From Deltaproteobacteria bacterium (GTDB lineage Bacteria; SAR324; NAC60-12), in the NCBI GenBank assembly GCA_038150265.1, contig JAYOTF010000005.1:32001-96000 (forward strand): a stretch of DNA of 64,000 nucleotides. The letters are read 5' to 3'. Shown here one piece after another: positions 11,361-21,393 of the stretch. Below the pieces are notes generated by a model. The model had not been told where the DNA came from and searched no databases. It saw only the letters and a program-made list of their open reading frames with translations. How positions within the stretch are numbered: the stretch's first letter is position 1; the number at the start of each line of letters is the position of its first letter. The translations under genes and the position numbers were made by a program.

Positions 11361-12346
11361 CGACCATGCCCCCTGTTCTGCAAAAGCCGGTCACCTGGGC
11401 CCACGGCATCCTCCGGGAGTCGGTGGCCATTGCGCTTCCGCTCTTCCGCATCATGATCCCGATCATTGTGTTGGTGAAGGTCCTCCAGGAGGTGGGAATG
11501 GTCGAGGTGTTGGGGCAGGTGCTGGCGCCGCTGATGGGGCTGGTGGGGCTTCCCGGGAGCATGGGGCTGGTGTGGGCCGCGACCATTCTTTCCGGACCCT
11601 ACACCGGGATTGTCGTCTTTGCGAATCTGGTCAGCACCGACCCGCTTTCCGTGGCACAGGTAACGGTGCTGAGCTCCATGATGCTGATTGCGCACTCACT
11701 CCCGATTGAGCTGAAGGTGGTGGCCAAGGCGGGCCCCCGGATGTGGGGGATGGCGGTGATTCGGCTCGGCGGGGCGCTGCTTTATGGCATGATCCTGCAT
11801 CAGGTGCTGCACGGCGGTGCCTGGCTTCAGGAGCCCGCGGCGCTGCTCTGGACCCCGGAGCCGCCTTCGTCTGATTGGCTGGTGTGGGCGTGGGGAGAGG
11901 TGCAGAACCTGGGCTGGGTGATGGTGGTGCTGATTGGGCTGGTGATCCTGATGCGAGTCCTGGATGCCCTGCGCATCACGCACCTGCTGCAGCGCCTCCT
12001 GACGCCGCTGCTCTCGCAACTGGGGGTGGGACGTGAGGCCACCAACCTGACGGTGATTGGCATCACCCTGGGCATTTCCTATGGCAGTGGCCTCATCTTG
12101 CGCGAGGCACAAACCGGACGGATTCCTCCTCGGGACGTCTTCTTCTCCCTGGCCCTGATGGGGCTGTTTCACAGCATCTTTGAAGACACCATGCTGATGC
12201 TCCTCATTGGCGCTGACTGGGTGGGCATTGTGATCGGGCGCCTGCTCTTCAGTCTGGTGGCGGTGTGGTTGCTCGTCCGGGCCGCAAACGCGATGCCGGA
12301 GGTGCAGTTTCACCGCTGGTTCCTACGCCCCGTCTCTGCCTCGTAG
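11357..12346 (+). CDS. Nucleoside-recognition (Gate) domain membrane protein
   Basis: APLMGLVGLPG, AHSLPIE, GITLGISYGSG, HSIFEDT; multi-TM. Confidence 0.75.
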   Translation: MTTMPPVLQKPVTWAHGILRESVAIALPLFRIMIPIIVLVKVLQEVGMVEVLGQVLAPLMGLVGLPGSMGLVWAATILSGPYTGIVVFANLVSTDPLSVAQVTVLSSMMLIAHSLPIELKVVAKAGPRMWGMAVIRLGGALLYGMILHQVLHGGAWLQEPAALLWTPEPPSSDWLVWAWGEVQNLGWVMVVLIGLVILMRVLDALRITHLLQRLLTPLLSQLGVGREATNLTVIGITLGISYGSGLILREAQTGRIPPRDVFFSLALMGLFHSIFEDTMLMLLIGADWVGIVIGRLLFSLVAVWLLVRAANAMPEVQFHRWFLRPVSAS

Positions 12347-13984
12347 CATCGCCAGGCGCTCAGCGCTCCAGAAGACCCCAACCGACATGCCCAAAAGCAC
12401 CACGCCCACCGCAGAGGCCTGCTGAAACCGGTATCCGGAAATAGCGGCATAAATCTCCAGCGGCAGGGTCCGGACCGTTTCATCGGCAATCATCAGAATC
12501 GAGTTCAGCTCTCCCAGCGACAGCGCAAATCCGAACCCGAACGCCAGCAGCAACGTGGGCCGTAACCAGGGCCACAGCACCACCCGCCAAAACCGCCAGG
12601 GCCCAATGCCCAGCATCTGCGATTCGCTGCGCCACTGCTGCGGAATCGCACGCCACACCGGAAGCATCAGCCGTAGCCAATACGGACACCCAAGGAGCGC
12701 GTGCATGGAGGCGGCAATCCAAAACAGCGACCCCCTTCCGGCCAGCCAGGACTGATTCAGGTGAAACCAGGCGACGCCAAAGACCACGGTGGAAAACGCC
12801 ATCGGCAGCAGCACCCCTCCTTCCAGCCAGGCCCGCCACCGCGGTGGCGTCTCTTCCAGCCAGAGCAACAGCCCTGCCCCCAGCAGGGACGCCAGCAGGG
12901 AGCCGGTGAGGCCGATCCGCAGCGAGTTTCCGAGCGCTGCCAGGAAGCGGTTGCCTTCGTGCCAGGAAAACAGCGCCTGGTACGCGGCCCCCGAGAAGCG
13001 TCCGGCCAGCCAGAGGGAGTCAAAAATAATGGAAAGAATGGGGCCTGCTGCCAGCGTCACGGCGATCCCGGCCCACCCAAGCAGGGCCCAGGCCGGCCAA
13101 CGCCCCTGACGCAAGTCGGTCGGCAGCCAGCGCCGCACCAGCACCTGTTGGCGGATCGGACGCTGCGGACGCTGCAGCAGCAGGGTGAGGGTCAGCAAGG
13201 CGATTCCGGACTGCAGGAGCGACAGCACCGCCGCGCCAGAGAAGTCGAGGTCAATCCGAGCCAGCTGGTAAATCAGCACCTCCACCGTGGTGTGCCGGAC
13301 TCCGCCTCCAAGGACCAGGATGATCGCGAAGCTGTTCAGGCAGAGCAGGAAGATCAGGGCAAAGGCGCCTGCGACCGAGGGAAACACCAGCGGCAGGGTG
13401 ATGCGGAGGAAGTTTTGCCACGGCGGTTTCCCCAGCATCCGGGCGGCCTGGACGTACTGAACCGAAACACGCTCCCACTGATCCCCAATCAGGCGCATGG
13501 CCAGAGGGAAGTTGTAGAACACGTGCCCGAGCAGAATCCCGGGCAGCGAGTAGAGGAACTGAATCGGAGGCTCCGGAAGCTCCAGCAGCGCCATCAGCCC
13601 CCGGTTCACCCACCCCTGATTCCCAAAAAAGAGAATCATCCCCAGCACCACCAGAATCGATGGCAGCAGGAAGGGCAGAAAGGCGAAGCGCTTGAAGGCG
13701 TCTCGTCCTGGAAAGTCGTAGCGCGTCAGCAGCCACGCACCCGGAAGCCCAAAGAGCACCGACAGCAGGGCGCTCCAGAAAGCCTGCTCCAGGGAAAAGC
13801 CGATGACCCCAAGGTTCCAGGAGTCGCCAAGAAACTCCACGAGGAAGGCCCCGTTGAGCATGGGACGCTCCGGATGCAGCGGGTCGGTTCCCCCGAGAAA
13901 CAGCAGGATCGGCAGGTAGAACCCGCCGAGGAGCATGACCGCGGCGGCGGCCTTGAGCAGCGCCGGCAGTCCGGGAAGCCTCAA
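12323..13984 (-). CDS. thiP: Thiamine ABC transporter permease
   Basis: Two fused permease domains (GILLGHVFYNFPL, TTVEVLIYQ); follows thiB under a TPP riboswitch. Confidence 0.85.
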   Translation of the reverse strand: MRLPGLPALLKAAAAVMLLGGFYLPILLFLGGTDPLHPERPMLNGAFLVEFLGDSWNLGVIGFSLEQAFWSALLSVLFGLPGAWLLTRYDFPGRDAFKRFAFLPFLLPSILVVLGMILFFGNQGWVNRGLMALLELPEPPIQFLYSLPGILLGHVFYNFPLAMRLIGDQWERVSVQYVQAARMLGKPPWQNFLRITLPLVFPSVAGAFALIFLLCLNSFAIILVLGGGVRHTTVEVLIYQLARIDLDFSGAAVLSLLQSGIALLTLTLLLQRPQRPIRQQVLVRRWLPTDLRQGRWPAWALLGWAGIAVTLAAGPILSIIFDSLWLAGRFSGAAYQALFSWHEGNRFLAALGNSLRIGLTGSLLASLLGAGLLLWLEETPPRWRAWLEGGVLLPMAFSTVVFGVAWFHLNQSWLAGRGSLFWIAASMHALLGCPYWLRLMLPVWRAIPQQWRSESQMLGIGPWRFWRVVLWPWLRPTLLLAFGFGFALSLGELNSILMIADETVRTLPLEIYAAISGYRFQQASAVGVVLLGMSVGVFWSAERLAMLRGRDGA

Positions 13985-13986
13985 GG

Positions 13987-14997
13987 TTACTGCGCCATGG
14001 TACGAGACCAGGCCTTGAGCCAGCGCTCGTTGTTGGCCTCAATGCGTTCCGGGTTGAGGGAGAGCGACTTGGCGGGAACCGGAGCCACGCGGTAGGAGGC
14101 TGGAAGGTCCTGTTCCGGAGCCACCGGGAACATCCAGTTGGTGAGCGGGAGGGCATCCTGGAACGCCGACGTCAGCATGAAATCGATGAATTCCCGGGCC
14201 CGGTCCGGATGAGGCGCCCCCTTGAGGATGCCGGCCAGCTCCACCTGCCGGTACATGCCCTCGGGAAACTCCACCGCCTGGTAACGCTCGGTTTCTTCAA
14301 ACTCAACGTGGTAGGCCGGGCTGGTGACGTAGCTCAGCACAATGGGCGCCTCGCCTTTGGTGAACATGCCATACGCGGCAGACCAGCCGTCAGTGATGGT
14401 GAGGAGGTTCGGGCGCAGGCGGTTCCAGTAGTCGAGGTAGCCCTCTTCGCCATAGACCGCGAGGGTCCAGTGCAGCATCGACAGCCCGGGGGAGGACGTC
14501 TTGGGGCTCTCAATGACCACCTTGCCCCGGAAGCGTGGGTCGGTGAGGTCTTCCAGGGTCCGGGGCGGCTCCTGAAGCGTTTCCGAGTCATAGACAAAGG
14601 CGATGTAGCCATAGTCGAAGGGCGTGACCCGGTGTTCCGGATCCAGCTGCAAGGCTTCCGGAACCCGATCCAGGTGCGGAGACCGGTACGGCTCCCAGAG
14701 GTCGTAGCGGAAGGACTTGGCCAACTCGCTGTCGTTGACGCCGAGGAGGACATCGGCCCGGGGGTTGTTTTTCTCCAGAATGACTCGGCTCAGCACCGAC
14801 CCGGAGTCTCCGGGGGCAATGACCTGAACGGAGCACCCGCACTGCGCTTCAAAGGCCTTGAAGACCACCGGACCCGGACCCCACTCGGTGTTGAAGGAGT
14901 CGTAGGTATAGACCACCAGGTCCTGGGCTTGAGCCGAAAAGGCGGCGAGGGACAAAAAGACGCTGGCGCACCAGCGCAGCAGAGGACGTTTCAACAT
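13987..14997 (-). CDS. thiB: Thiamine ABC transporter substrate-binding protein
   Basis: Signal peptide, VYTYDSF..EWGPGP, FEAQCGC, DYGYIAFVYD, GWSAAYGMF, LSYVTSPAYH, TNWMFP. Confidence 0.93.
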   Translation of the reverse strand: MLKRPLLRWCASVFLSLAAFSAQAQDLVVYTYDSFNTEWGPGPVVFKAFEAQCGCSVQVIAPGDSGSVLSRVILEKNNPRADVLLGVNDSELAKSFRYDLWEPYRSPHLDRVPEALQLDPEHRVTPFDYGYIAFVYDSETLQEPPRTLEDLTDPRFRGKVVIESPKTSSPGLSMLHWTLAVYGEEGYLDYWNRLRPNLLTITDGWSAAYGMFTKGEAPIVLSYVTSPAYHVEFEETERYQAVEFPEGMYRQVELAGILKGAPHPDRAREFIDFMLTSAFQDALPLTNWMFPVAPEQDLPASYRVAPVPAKSLSLNPERIEANNERWLKAWSRTMAQ

Positions 14998-15133
14998 CAG
15001 CGTGTTCCTTGATGAAATGGTATCAAACGGAGCCCGAAGCTTGGGACTCGGATCACGCTTCGATGGGAGAGAAAAGGGCTGGAAGGTTCCGAAGAAGCAG
15101 AGGCACCCCGGGAAGGGGGGTGGTGCGGAACGT

Positions 15134-15214
15134 CGTTTTCCTGCGCCGGCATTACCCGGATCAGGTTCCAAGGGTGTTCTCTCAGGCAATGCGCAGGCAT
15201 CACCACCCCTAACG
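15134..15214 (-). ncRNA. TPP riboswitch aptamer
   Basis: Minus strand CGTT-AGGGGTG...CTGAGA..ACCCTTGGAACCTGATCCGGGTAATGCCGGCGCAGGAA-AACG; P1 closes; upstream of thiB. Confidence 0.93.
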
Positions 15215-15237
15215 AAGCTACCAGTAGCTTATCCAGA

Positions 15238-16386
15238 TCACTTGAGGTTTGTCAACGGCTCATCCAGGCCGGGAATCTTCCAGGTGGTGACGCCAAAATC
15301 GGTCCGCATGCGCTTGTAGGGCAGGCGAATCTGGATGCAGGTGCCGCCGAGGTAGGGAGAGTCGTCGTCGGCCTCAATGGTTCCCTGATGCTCCTCGACG
15401 ATCATGCGGCAGACGGTCAGGCCGAGGCCGGCGCCATCGCGGGCCGCCTTGGTGGAAAAGAAGGGCTCAAAGATCGTCTCCTGAATCGGTCCGGAGAGGC
15501 CGGGGCCGCTGTCTTCAATGGTGAGGAGGATGCCGTTTTCTTCAGCCTCAAGCTCCACACGGATGGCGGGCTCATGAAGGTTCAGGGCCGCCTCGCAGGC
15601 GTTCTTGAGGACGTGGTACAGCACCTGCCGGATCAGCTGCTGATTGCCTTCCACCTTCAGGTCCTGATCCGGAGCTTCCCAGAGGATTTCCACCTCGGAG
15701 AAGGGGCCCCGGAGGCGCTCGAGTGAGTCGTCAATGAGCTCCGTGAGGGTCACCGATTCTCCCCACTTGGAGCTGGTATCCTTGGAAACAAGGAGGATCT
15801 TCTCAATGACCGTCTTGATGTGTTCGGCGGCCTGTTCAATTTTTTCGAGGCTGATCTGGTCATCCTCTTCCAGCTCGGCCTTGAGGGGTTCCAGCTCCTT
15901 GAGGGACAGCATGATGGTTGCTGTGGGGGTATTGATGTGATGGGCGAGCTGCTGCGCGATCTCGCCGAGTGCCTCCATTTTGCTGCGCTTGAGCTTTTGC
16001 TCATGGGCTTCCCGGATGGCCGTCAGGTTCCGGACCGTGGTCAGCAGCTCATGAGGGCCGAGCGCCTGCATGCGGGCTTCAAACCAGCGCTGCTGCCCTC
16101 CGACATCAAGGGTGTAGGTGTAGCTGTAGATCTCCCCTGTGGCCAGCGCTTCCTGGGCGGCCTGGTCCCACGCCTCACAGTGCTCCTGGCTGAGCCACTG
16201 CGTCTTGTTGGTCCCGACGATGTCGCTTGCGGCCCCCAGCAGGTCCGGATGATCTGGAGTGAGGACTTCCAGAAAGTCGCCCTGGGCACTCATGCGGAAG
16301 ACGAGGTCGGGCATCAGGCGGAGCAGGGCGCGGTAGGCCTGGTCGTGGGGAAGGGGGTTCAGCTGGGCAGAACGTGTTTCAGTCAT
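15238..16386 (-). CDS. Cytoplasmic PAS-domain sensor histidine kinase
   Basis: PAS (MPDLVFRM..RWFEARM), H-box LAHHINTP, N-box LKNACEA, IEDSGPG, FEPFFSTK, GAGLGL. Confidence 0.9.
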   Translation of the reverse strand: MTETRSAQLNPLPHDQAYRALLRLMPDLVFRMSAQGDFLEVLTPDHPDLLGAASDIVGTNKTQWLSQEHCEAWDQAAQEALATGEIYSYTYTLDVGGQQRWFEARMQALGPHELLTTVRNLTAIREAHEQKLKRSKMEALGEIAQQLAHHINTPTATIMLSLKELEPLKAELEEDDQISLEKIEQAAEHIKTVIEKILLVSKDTSSKWGESVTLTELIDDSLERLRGPFSEVEILWEAPDQDLKVEGNQQLIRQVLYHVLKNACEAALNLHEPAIRVELEAEENGILLTIEDSGPGLSGPIQETIFEPFFSTKAARDGAGLGLTVCRMIVEEHQGTIEADDDSPYLGGTCIQIRLPYKRMRTDFGVTTWKIPGLDEPLTNLK

Positions 16387-16401
16387 CGGCTTCTCCCGTG
16401 G

Positions 16402-17241
16402 TCATGAGCTTGACTCCAGCAGAGAGGGGAGCCACTCGGCGCTGGTTCCTTGTAAGAAAAGCCCGCCCGCTCGGACAATTTTTTCGACGAATTCATGAGC
16501 CTCCGGATCAATCACGATCATCGGGATGCGTGAGGCGGCATAATCGACAAACTGGTTGGGCAGGAAGAGGGTGCCGCTGCACCCTGCAATGAGCAGCAGG
16601 TCCGCTTCCCCCAGCCACGTCAGGGCTTCATCGAGCCGGTAGTGTTGGCTGCTCTGGTAGTACTCATCAAACCAGAGGACGTGAGGGCGCATGCCTTCGC
16701 CACAGTGCGTGCAGCGCATGAGGGGATCTTCAAAGACTTCGAGGCTGGTGTCTTGCGTCAGGAAGTCCCAGGGAATTTCCACCCGTTCATCAGGGCATCC
16801 GCGGCCGGTGTCTTCAAACTCCGGAGTCGCTTGCACGCACCGCATCCAGCAGATGGATCCATGAATTTCAATGGTTTGGCTGACCTGATTTCCTGCCTCA
16901 AGGTGCAGGTTGTCGACGTTTTGAGTGACCAATCGAAAGCGATCCTGAAGGCGTTGCTCGGCCTTGACGAGGGCTCGGTGTCCGGGATTGGGCTGAGCGC
17001 CTCGGCACTTTTGAAATCGATGCCGGTACCAGTCCCAAACGACCAGAGGACTGTGGTGAAAAAATGAAGCTGTGGCCATTTCCTCGGGAGCATAGTTTTG
17101 ACTCCCAACGGTCCAGAACCCATCGTGTCCGCGGAAGGTGGGAATGCCCGATTCCGCAGACACCCCGGCTCCGGTGAGGCAGAGGAGGGTTCCTTTTTCC
17201 TGGACGGACCGAATCAGGTTTTGGGCAAGCTCCAGAGGCAT
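16402..17241 (-). CDS. cobB: NAD-dependent protein deacylase (sirtuin)
   Basis: TGAGVSAESGIPTFRG, TQNVDNLH, EIHG, CTHC..MRPHVLWFDE. Confidence 0.88.
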   Translation of the reverse strand: MPLELAQNLIRSVQEKGTLLCLTGAGVSAESGIPTFRGHDGFWTVGSQNYAPEEMATASFFHHSPLVVWDWYRHRFQKCRGAQPNPGHRALVKAEQRLQDRFRLVTQNVDNLHLEAGNQVSQTIEIHGSICWMRCVQATPEFEDTGRGCPDERVEIPWDFLTQDTSLEVFEDPLMRCTHCGEGMRPHVLWFDEYYQSSQHYRLDEALTWLGEADLLLIAGCSGTLFLPNQFVDYAASRIPMIVIDPEAHEFVEKIVRAGGLFLQGTSAEWLPSLLESSS

Positions 17242-17446
17242 GACGTACGGTGAAATTCAGAGAAGAGAGGATTGATTGAACCTGATGAATTCAGCATAGA
17301 ACTAAACGACACAGGGTTTCTTTACAAGCAAAATGCAGTGTTTTTTGGATAAAAATTCTTAAAACGATTTAAGCGCAGAGAAGTGAGGGGAAAGTGGGAG
17401 GTGGGGAGTGGGAGAGAGGCGCCGGAGGACCCGACGCCTCAGAGGG

Positions 17447-18301
17447 TTACGCGCCTACTTGCAGGAGCGCACGCTTGGTGAAGACGCGTGCCATGGCACG
17501 GCGGTAGTCTTCGCTGACAGACCAGTCGCTGAGGACGTCCTTGCCTTGGGTCGCCTGATCGGCTGCGGCTTTGGCCGAAGCGTCATTGACGGCCTGACCC
17601 TTGAGGGCATTTTCCACACCGGCATCGCGGAAGGCGGAGTGACCGACGCCACTGAAGCCGACCCGGATGTCTGAGCAGGTGCCTCCGGACTTGTCCATGG
17701 CGACCGCAACGCCAACGTACGGGTACCGGGAAGCCGGCTGGGCGTACTTGACGTAGCAGGAGTTGGCATTGGCCGCATCGGTGGGAATGCGGATTTCCAC
17801 CAGCAGCTCTCCGGGCTGGACAGCGGTCTCCCACAGGTCCACGAAGTACTCGCTGGCCGGCACCACACGCTCGCCACCAGCGCCCTTGATGACCATGCTG
17901 GCGTTCAGGGCCAGCACGGCACCCGGGTAATCGGCGGCCGGATCGGAGTGAGCCAGGGCCCCCCCGATGGTGCCACGGTTGCGGACCTGGACATCGCCAA
18001 TGGCCCCAGCGGCCTGGCTCAGCGCCGGAGCTTTTTGCTGAACGACGCTGGAGGATTCCAGCATCCAGTGGGTGGCCATGGCGCCAACAGCGATGTGATC
18101 GCCCTTGTCGTTGATGTACTTCAGGCCTTCGATGCCACCGAGGTCAATCAGCCGCTCCGGGGTCGCCAGGCGAAGCTTCATGGCTGGGACCAGGCTGTGG
18201 CCACCGGCCAGGATTTTGGCGTCCTCGCCATATTGCTGCATGAGCGCAATGGCTTCATCCACGCTGGACGCCCGATGATAGTCAAATGAGGTAGGAACCA
18301 T
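17447..18301 (-). CDS. coxM: Molybdenum hydroxylase FAD subunit (CoxM-like)
   Basis: AKILAGGHSLVPAMKLRL, QVRNRGTIGG, HSDPAAD. Confidence 0.88.
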   Translation of the reverse strand: MVPTSFDYHRASSVDEAIALMQQYGEDAKILAGGHSLVPAMKLRLATPERLIDLGGIEGLKYINDKGDHIAVGAMATHWMLESSSVVQQKAPALSQAAGAIGDVQVRNRGTIGGALAHSDPAADYPGAVLALNASMVIKGAGGERVVPASEYFVDLWETAVQPGELLVEIRIPTDAANANSCYVKYAQPASRYPYVGVAVAMDKSGGTCSDIRVGFSGVGHSAFRDAGVENALKGQAVNDASAKAAADQATQGKDVLSDWSVSEDYRRAMARVFTKRALLQVGA

Positions 18302-18389
18302 AAGAAATTCTCCTTTGTCTCAGGTTTCCGTCGCCCCTTCCTGCCGGTCATTCATGCAGCAAGGGGCCGATCGGGGTTCAGGTTGTGGA

Positions 18390-20753
18390 TCAGGAAGCGC
18401 TGTTGATGGCAGCCCAGACCTTTTGCGGGGTCAGGGGCATGGCCAGATCGCTCACTCCCAGCGGGCGCAGCGCATCCACCACCGCGTTCACAATGGCCGG
18501 AGTGGAGCCGATGCAGCCGGCTTCTCCAGCACCCTTGGCACCCAGCGGGTTGTGCGGGCACGGGGTGACGTTGCCGTCCACCTCAAAGGAGATCAGGTCA
18601 TCTGCACGAGGCATGGCGTAATCCAGGAAGGTGCCGGTGGTGAGCTGACCACTTTCGTCATACACTGCGCCTTCCAGCAACGCCTGACCAATGCCCTGGG
18701 CCAGACCGCCGTGAATTTGGCCTTCCACGATCATCGGGTTGACGATGTTTCCGACGTCATCGACCGCGACGAAGCGCTTGATGGTCGTCTTGCCGGTTTC
18801 CGGATCGACTTCCACAACGGCAATGTAGGTGCCGAAGGGGTAGGTGAAGTTGGCCGGATCATAGAAGCTGTTGAACTCGATTCCGGGCTCCAGGCCTTCC
18901 GGGAAGTTGTGCGGGACGTAGGACGCGAGGGCGACTTCGCCGAAGCTGATCGACTTGTCGGTGCCCTTCACGGTCCAGCTGCCGTCGGCAAACTCGAGGT
19001 CCTGCTCCGACGCCTCCAGGAGGTGTGCCGCCACCTTGGCGCCTTTTTCCTTCACCTTCTCCAGGGCGCCCACGATGGCGCTTCCGCCGACCGCAAGGCT
19101 CCGGGATCCGTAGGTGCCCATGCCGAAGGGGACCTGCTCGGTGTCACCGTGGATGATCTCGACGTTGCTCATGTCAATGCCAAGGTGATCGGCCACCACC
19201 TGAGCAAAGGTGGTGTCGTGTCCCTGACCGTGGGAGTGGCTTCCGGTGTAGACCGACACCATGCCGGTCGGTTGCACACGGACGTTGGCGCTCTCAAAGA
19301 GTCCGGCCCGTGCCCCGAGGGAGCCCACCACCGCCGACGGCGCGATGCCGCAGGCTTCGATGTAGGACGAGAAGCCAATGCCGATGTAGCGGCCTTGCTT
19401 GCGGGCTTCTTCCTGCTCCTTGCGCAGCTCGTCGTAGCCGATGATGTCCAGGGCCTTGCGCATGGCTGCTTCGTAGTTGCCGCTGTCGTACTGCAGGGCC
19501 ACCTGGGTCTGGTACCCCGGTTGGTCCACCCCGTCAAAGGCCGGAATGAAGTTCTTCATGCGCAGCTCCGCCGGGTCCATGCCCATCTCGGCAGCAGCGG
19601 TGTCCATGAGCCGCTCCAGCAGGTAGGTGGCTTCCGGACGTCCGGCCCCCCGGTAGGCGTCCACAGCAGTGGTGTTGGTGAACACGGCGTTCACACTGAC
19701 GTACACTGCCGGTGTGGTGTACTGTCCCTGCAGCAGGGTTCCATACAGGTAGGTGGGCACTGCCGTGGAGAAGGTGGACAGGTACGCGCCAATGTTGGCA
19801 TCGGTGTGCACCTTGAGCGCCGTCAGCTTGCCGTCGGCATCAAAGCCCATCTGAGCCGTGGTGTGGTGGTCGCGTCCGTGTGCATCGGTGACAAACGCTT
19901 CGCTGCGCTCGGAGGTCCACTTGATCGGGCGTCCAATCTGCTTGGAGGCCCAGGTGACGAGGGCTTCTTCGGTGTAGTGATAGATCTTGCTGCCGAAGCC
20001 GCCACCGACGTCTTTGGCCACCACACGGACCTTGTGCTCGGGAATGCCAAGCACAAAGGCACACATCAGCAGGCGAATCACGTGCGGATTCTGCGAGGAC
20101 GTGTAGAGCGTGTAATTGTCGCGAGACGCGTCGTAGTCGCCGATGTAGCTGCGTGGCTCAATCGGGTTCGGCACCAGACGCTGGTTGCGGATCTTCATGG
20201 AGGTGACGTGAGCGGCTTTGGCCAGCCCTTCGTCAGCCGCCGACGCATCTCCGAGTTCCCAGTCAAAGACGAGGTTGTCCGGAAGCTCGTCGTGCACCTT
20301 TGCTGCACCCGGCTTGAGGGCATCCACCGATTCCACCACCACGGGCAGCTCCTCGTAGTCCACTTCAATCAGGTCTGCCGCATCACGGGCCTGAGCCTTG
20401 GTTTCGGCAATGACCACGGCCACGCTGTCGCCCACGTGTCGGACCTTGTCGTGTACCAGCAGCGGGTGCTTGGGCTCCCGCATGGTCTCTCCGCTCTTGA
20501 AGTTGACCTGCCAGCCGCAGGGCACTCCGTTGACTTCCTGGACGTCTGCTCCCGTAAAGACGGCCACCACTCCAGGGGCTGCCTTGGCGGCAGAGGTGTC
20601 AATGCTCTTGATGCGGGCGTGAGCCAGCTGGCTGCGCAGGATGTACGCGTGCGTCATGCGGTGCAGCACAATGTCGTCGGTGTAGGTGCCCTTTCCGGTA
20701 ATAAACCGTTGGTCCTCTACCCGCTTAATCGCTTGTCCAATGTATTTGCCCAT
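18390..20753 (-). CDS. coxL: Molybdenum hydroxylase large subunit, form II CoxL-like
   Basis: [18 protein letters not shown], active-site AYRGAGR (form II), [20 protein letters not shown]. Confidence 0.88.
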   Translation of the reverse strand: MGKYIGQAIKRVEDQRFITGKGTYTDDIVLHRMTHAYILRSQLAHARIKSIDTSAAKAAPGVVAVFTGADVQEVNGVPCGWQVNFKSGETMREPKHPLLVHDKVRHVGDSVAVVIAETKAQARDAADLIEVDYEELPVVVESVDALKPGAAKVHDELPDNLVFDWELGDASAADEGLAKAAHVTSMKIRNQRLVPNPIEPRSYIGDYDASRDNYTLYTSSQNPHVIRLLMCAFVLGIPEHKVRVVAKDVGGGFGSKIYHYTEEALVTWASKQIGRPIKWTSERSEAFVTDAHGRDHHTTAQMGFDADGKLTALKVHTDANIGAYLSTFSTAVPTYLYGTLLQGQYTTPAVYVSVNAVFTNTTAVDAYRGAGRPEATYLLERLMDTAAAEMGMDPAELRMKNFIPAFDGVDQPGYQTQVALQYDSGNYEAAMRKALDIIGYDELRKEQEEARKQGRYIGIGFSSYIEACGIAPSAVVGSLGARAGLFESANVRVQPTGMVSVYTGSHSHGQGHDTTFAQVVADHLGIDMSNVEIIHGDTEQVPFGMGTYGSRSLAVGGSAIVGALEKVKEKGAKVAAHLLEASEQDLEFADGSWTVKGTDKSISFGEVALASYVPHNFPEGLEPGIEFNSFYDPANFTYPFGTYIAVVEVDPETGKTTIKRFVAVDDVGNIVNPMIVEGQIHGGLAQGIGQALLEGAVYDESGQLTTGTFLDYAMPRADDLISFEVDGNVTPCPHNPLGAKGAGEAGCIGSTPAIVNAVVDALRPLGVSDLAMPLTPQKVWAAINSAS

Positions 20754-20763
20754 GAATTCCTCC

Positions 20764-21225
20764 TTATGCGGACTGGTCAGCGGCCCACTGAACGGCCTTG
20801 ACGATGTTGTCGTATCCCGTGCAGCGGCAGAAGTTTCCTTCGAGCGCATGCCGGATTTCTTGTTCGGAAGGCTTGGGGTTGCGTTGGAGCAACTGCCAGG
20901 AACTCATGATCATCCCCGGGGTGCAGTAGCCACACTGCAAGCCATGCTTCTCGCGGAAGCCCTCTTGAAGGGGGTGGAGCGTTCCGTTGGAAGCCAGCCC
21001 TTCAATCGTGGTGATTTCTGCGCCATCGCACTGCACAGCCAACAGGGTGCAGGACTTGACGGATTCGCCATTGACAACAATGGTGCAGGCCCCACAGCTG
21101 CTGGTATCACAGCCAACGTGGGTGCCGGTCAAACTGAGGTTTTCGCGCAAAAACTGCACGAGCAGGGTTCGTGGCTCGACGTCTTGGGAGACAGTCGCGC
21201 CGTTGACGGTCATCGTGACTTGCAT
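20764..21225 (-). CDS. coxS: Molybdenum hydroxylase 2Fe-2S subunit (CoxS-like)
   Basis: [29 protein letters not shown]. Confidence 0.9.
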   Translation of the reverse strand: MQVTMTVNGATVSQDVEPRTLLVQFLRENLSLTGTHVGCDTSSCGACTIVVNGESVKSCTLLAVQCDGAEITTIEGLASNGTLHPLQEGFREKHGLQCGYCTPGMIMSSWQLLQRNPKPSEQEIRHALEGNFCRCTGYDNIVKAVQWAADQSA

Positions 21226-21290
21226 GGTGGGTCCTCCTTCTAATTTGGGAGAGAGGGTTAAGGCGCCTCGTGAGAGCAGAAAGCGCGAAT

Positions 21291-21320
21291 GTGATAGCAC
21301 GCGGTGCTACCGAAAGTCAA
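21291..21320 (-). promoter_or_regulatory. Putative coxSLM promoter overlapped by a palindromic operator
   Basis: Minus strand TTGACT-N18-TATCAC; TAGCAC-GCG-GTGCTA inverted repeat at 21295-21309. Confidence 0.45.
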
Positions 21321-21332
21321 TGATTCCGAGTG

Positions 21333-21361
21333 TTGACACCCGAAAAGCCCTTGGCTAAGGT
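21333..21361 (+). promoter_or_regulatory. Sigma-70-type promoter for ORF 21394
   Basis: TTGACA-N17-TAAGGT followed by an AGGAGG RBS. Confidence 0.55.
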
Positions 21362-21393
21362 GAGTCCGCACCTTAGACCGCACAGGAGGGTTT

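Noticed and set aside
16380..16412. Sigma-28-like GCCGATG before the PAS kinase
   Set aside because: It overlaps the start codon and has no TAAA/TCAA at 15-nt spacing.
18390..20753. Bona fide form I CO dehydrogenase
   Set aside because: The motif is AYRGAGR rather than AYXCSFR, gene order is S-L-M, and accessory cox genes are absent.
18315..20801. 828-aa plus-strand ORF, and similar long ORFs at 31252-33279, 56911-59715, 8698-10293 and 61718-63073
   Set aside because: Antisense shadows of well-supported genes in GC-rich DNA; no motifs, and the composition is typical of reverse-frame translation.
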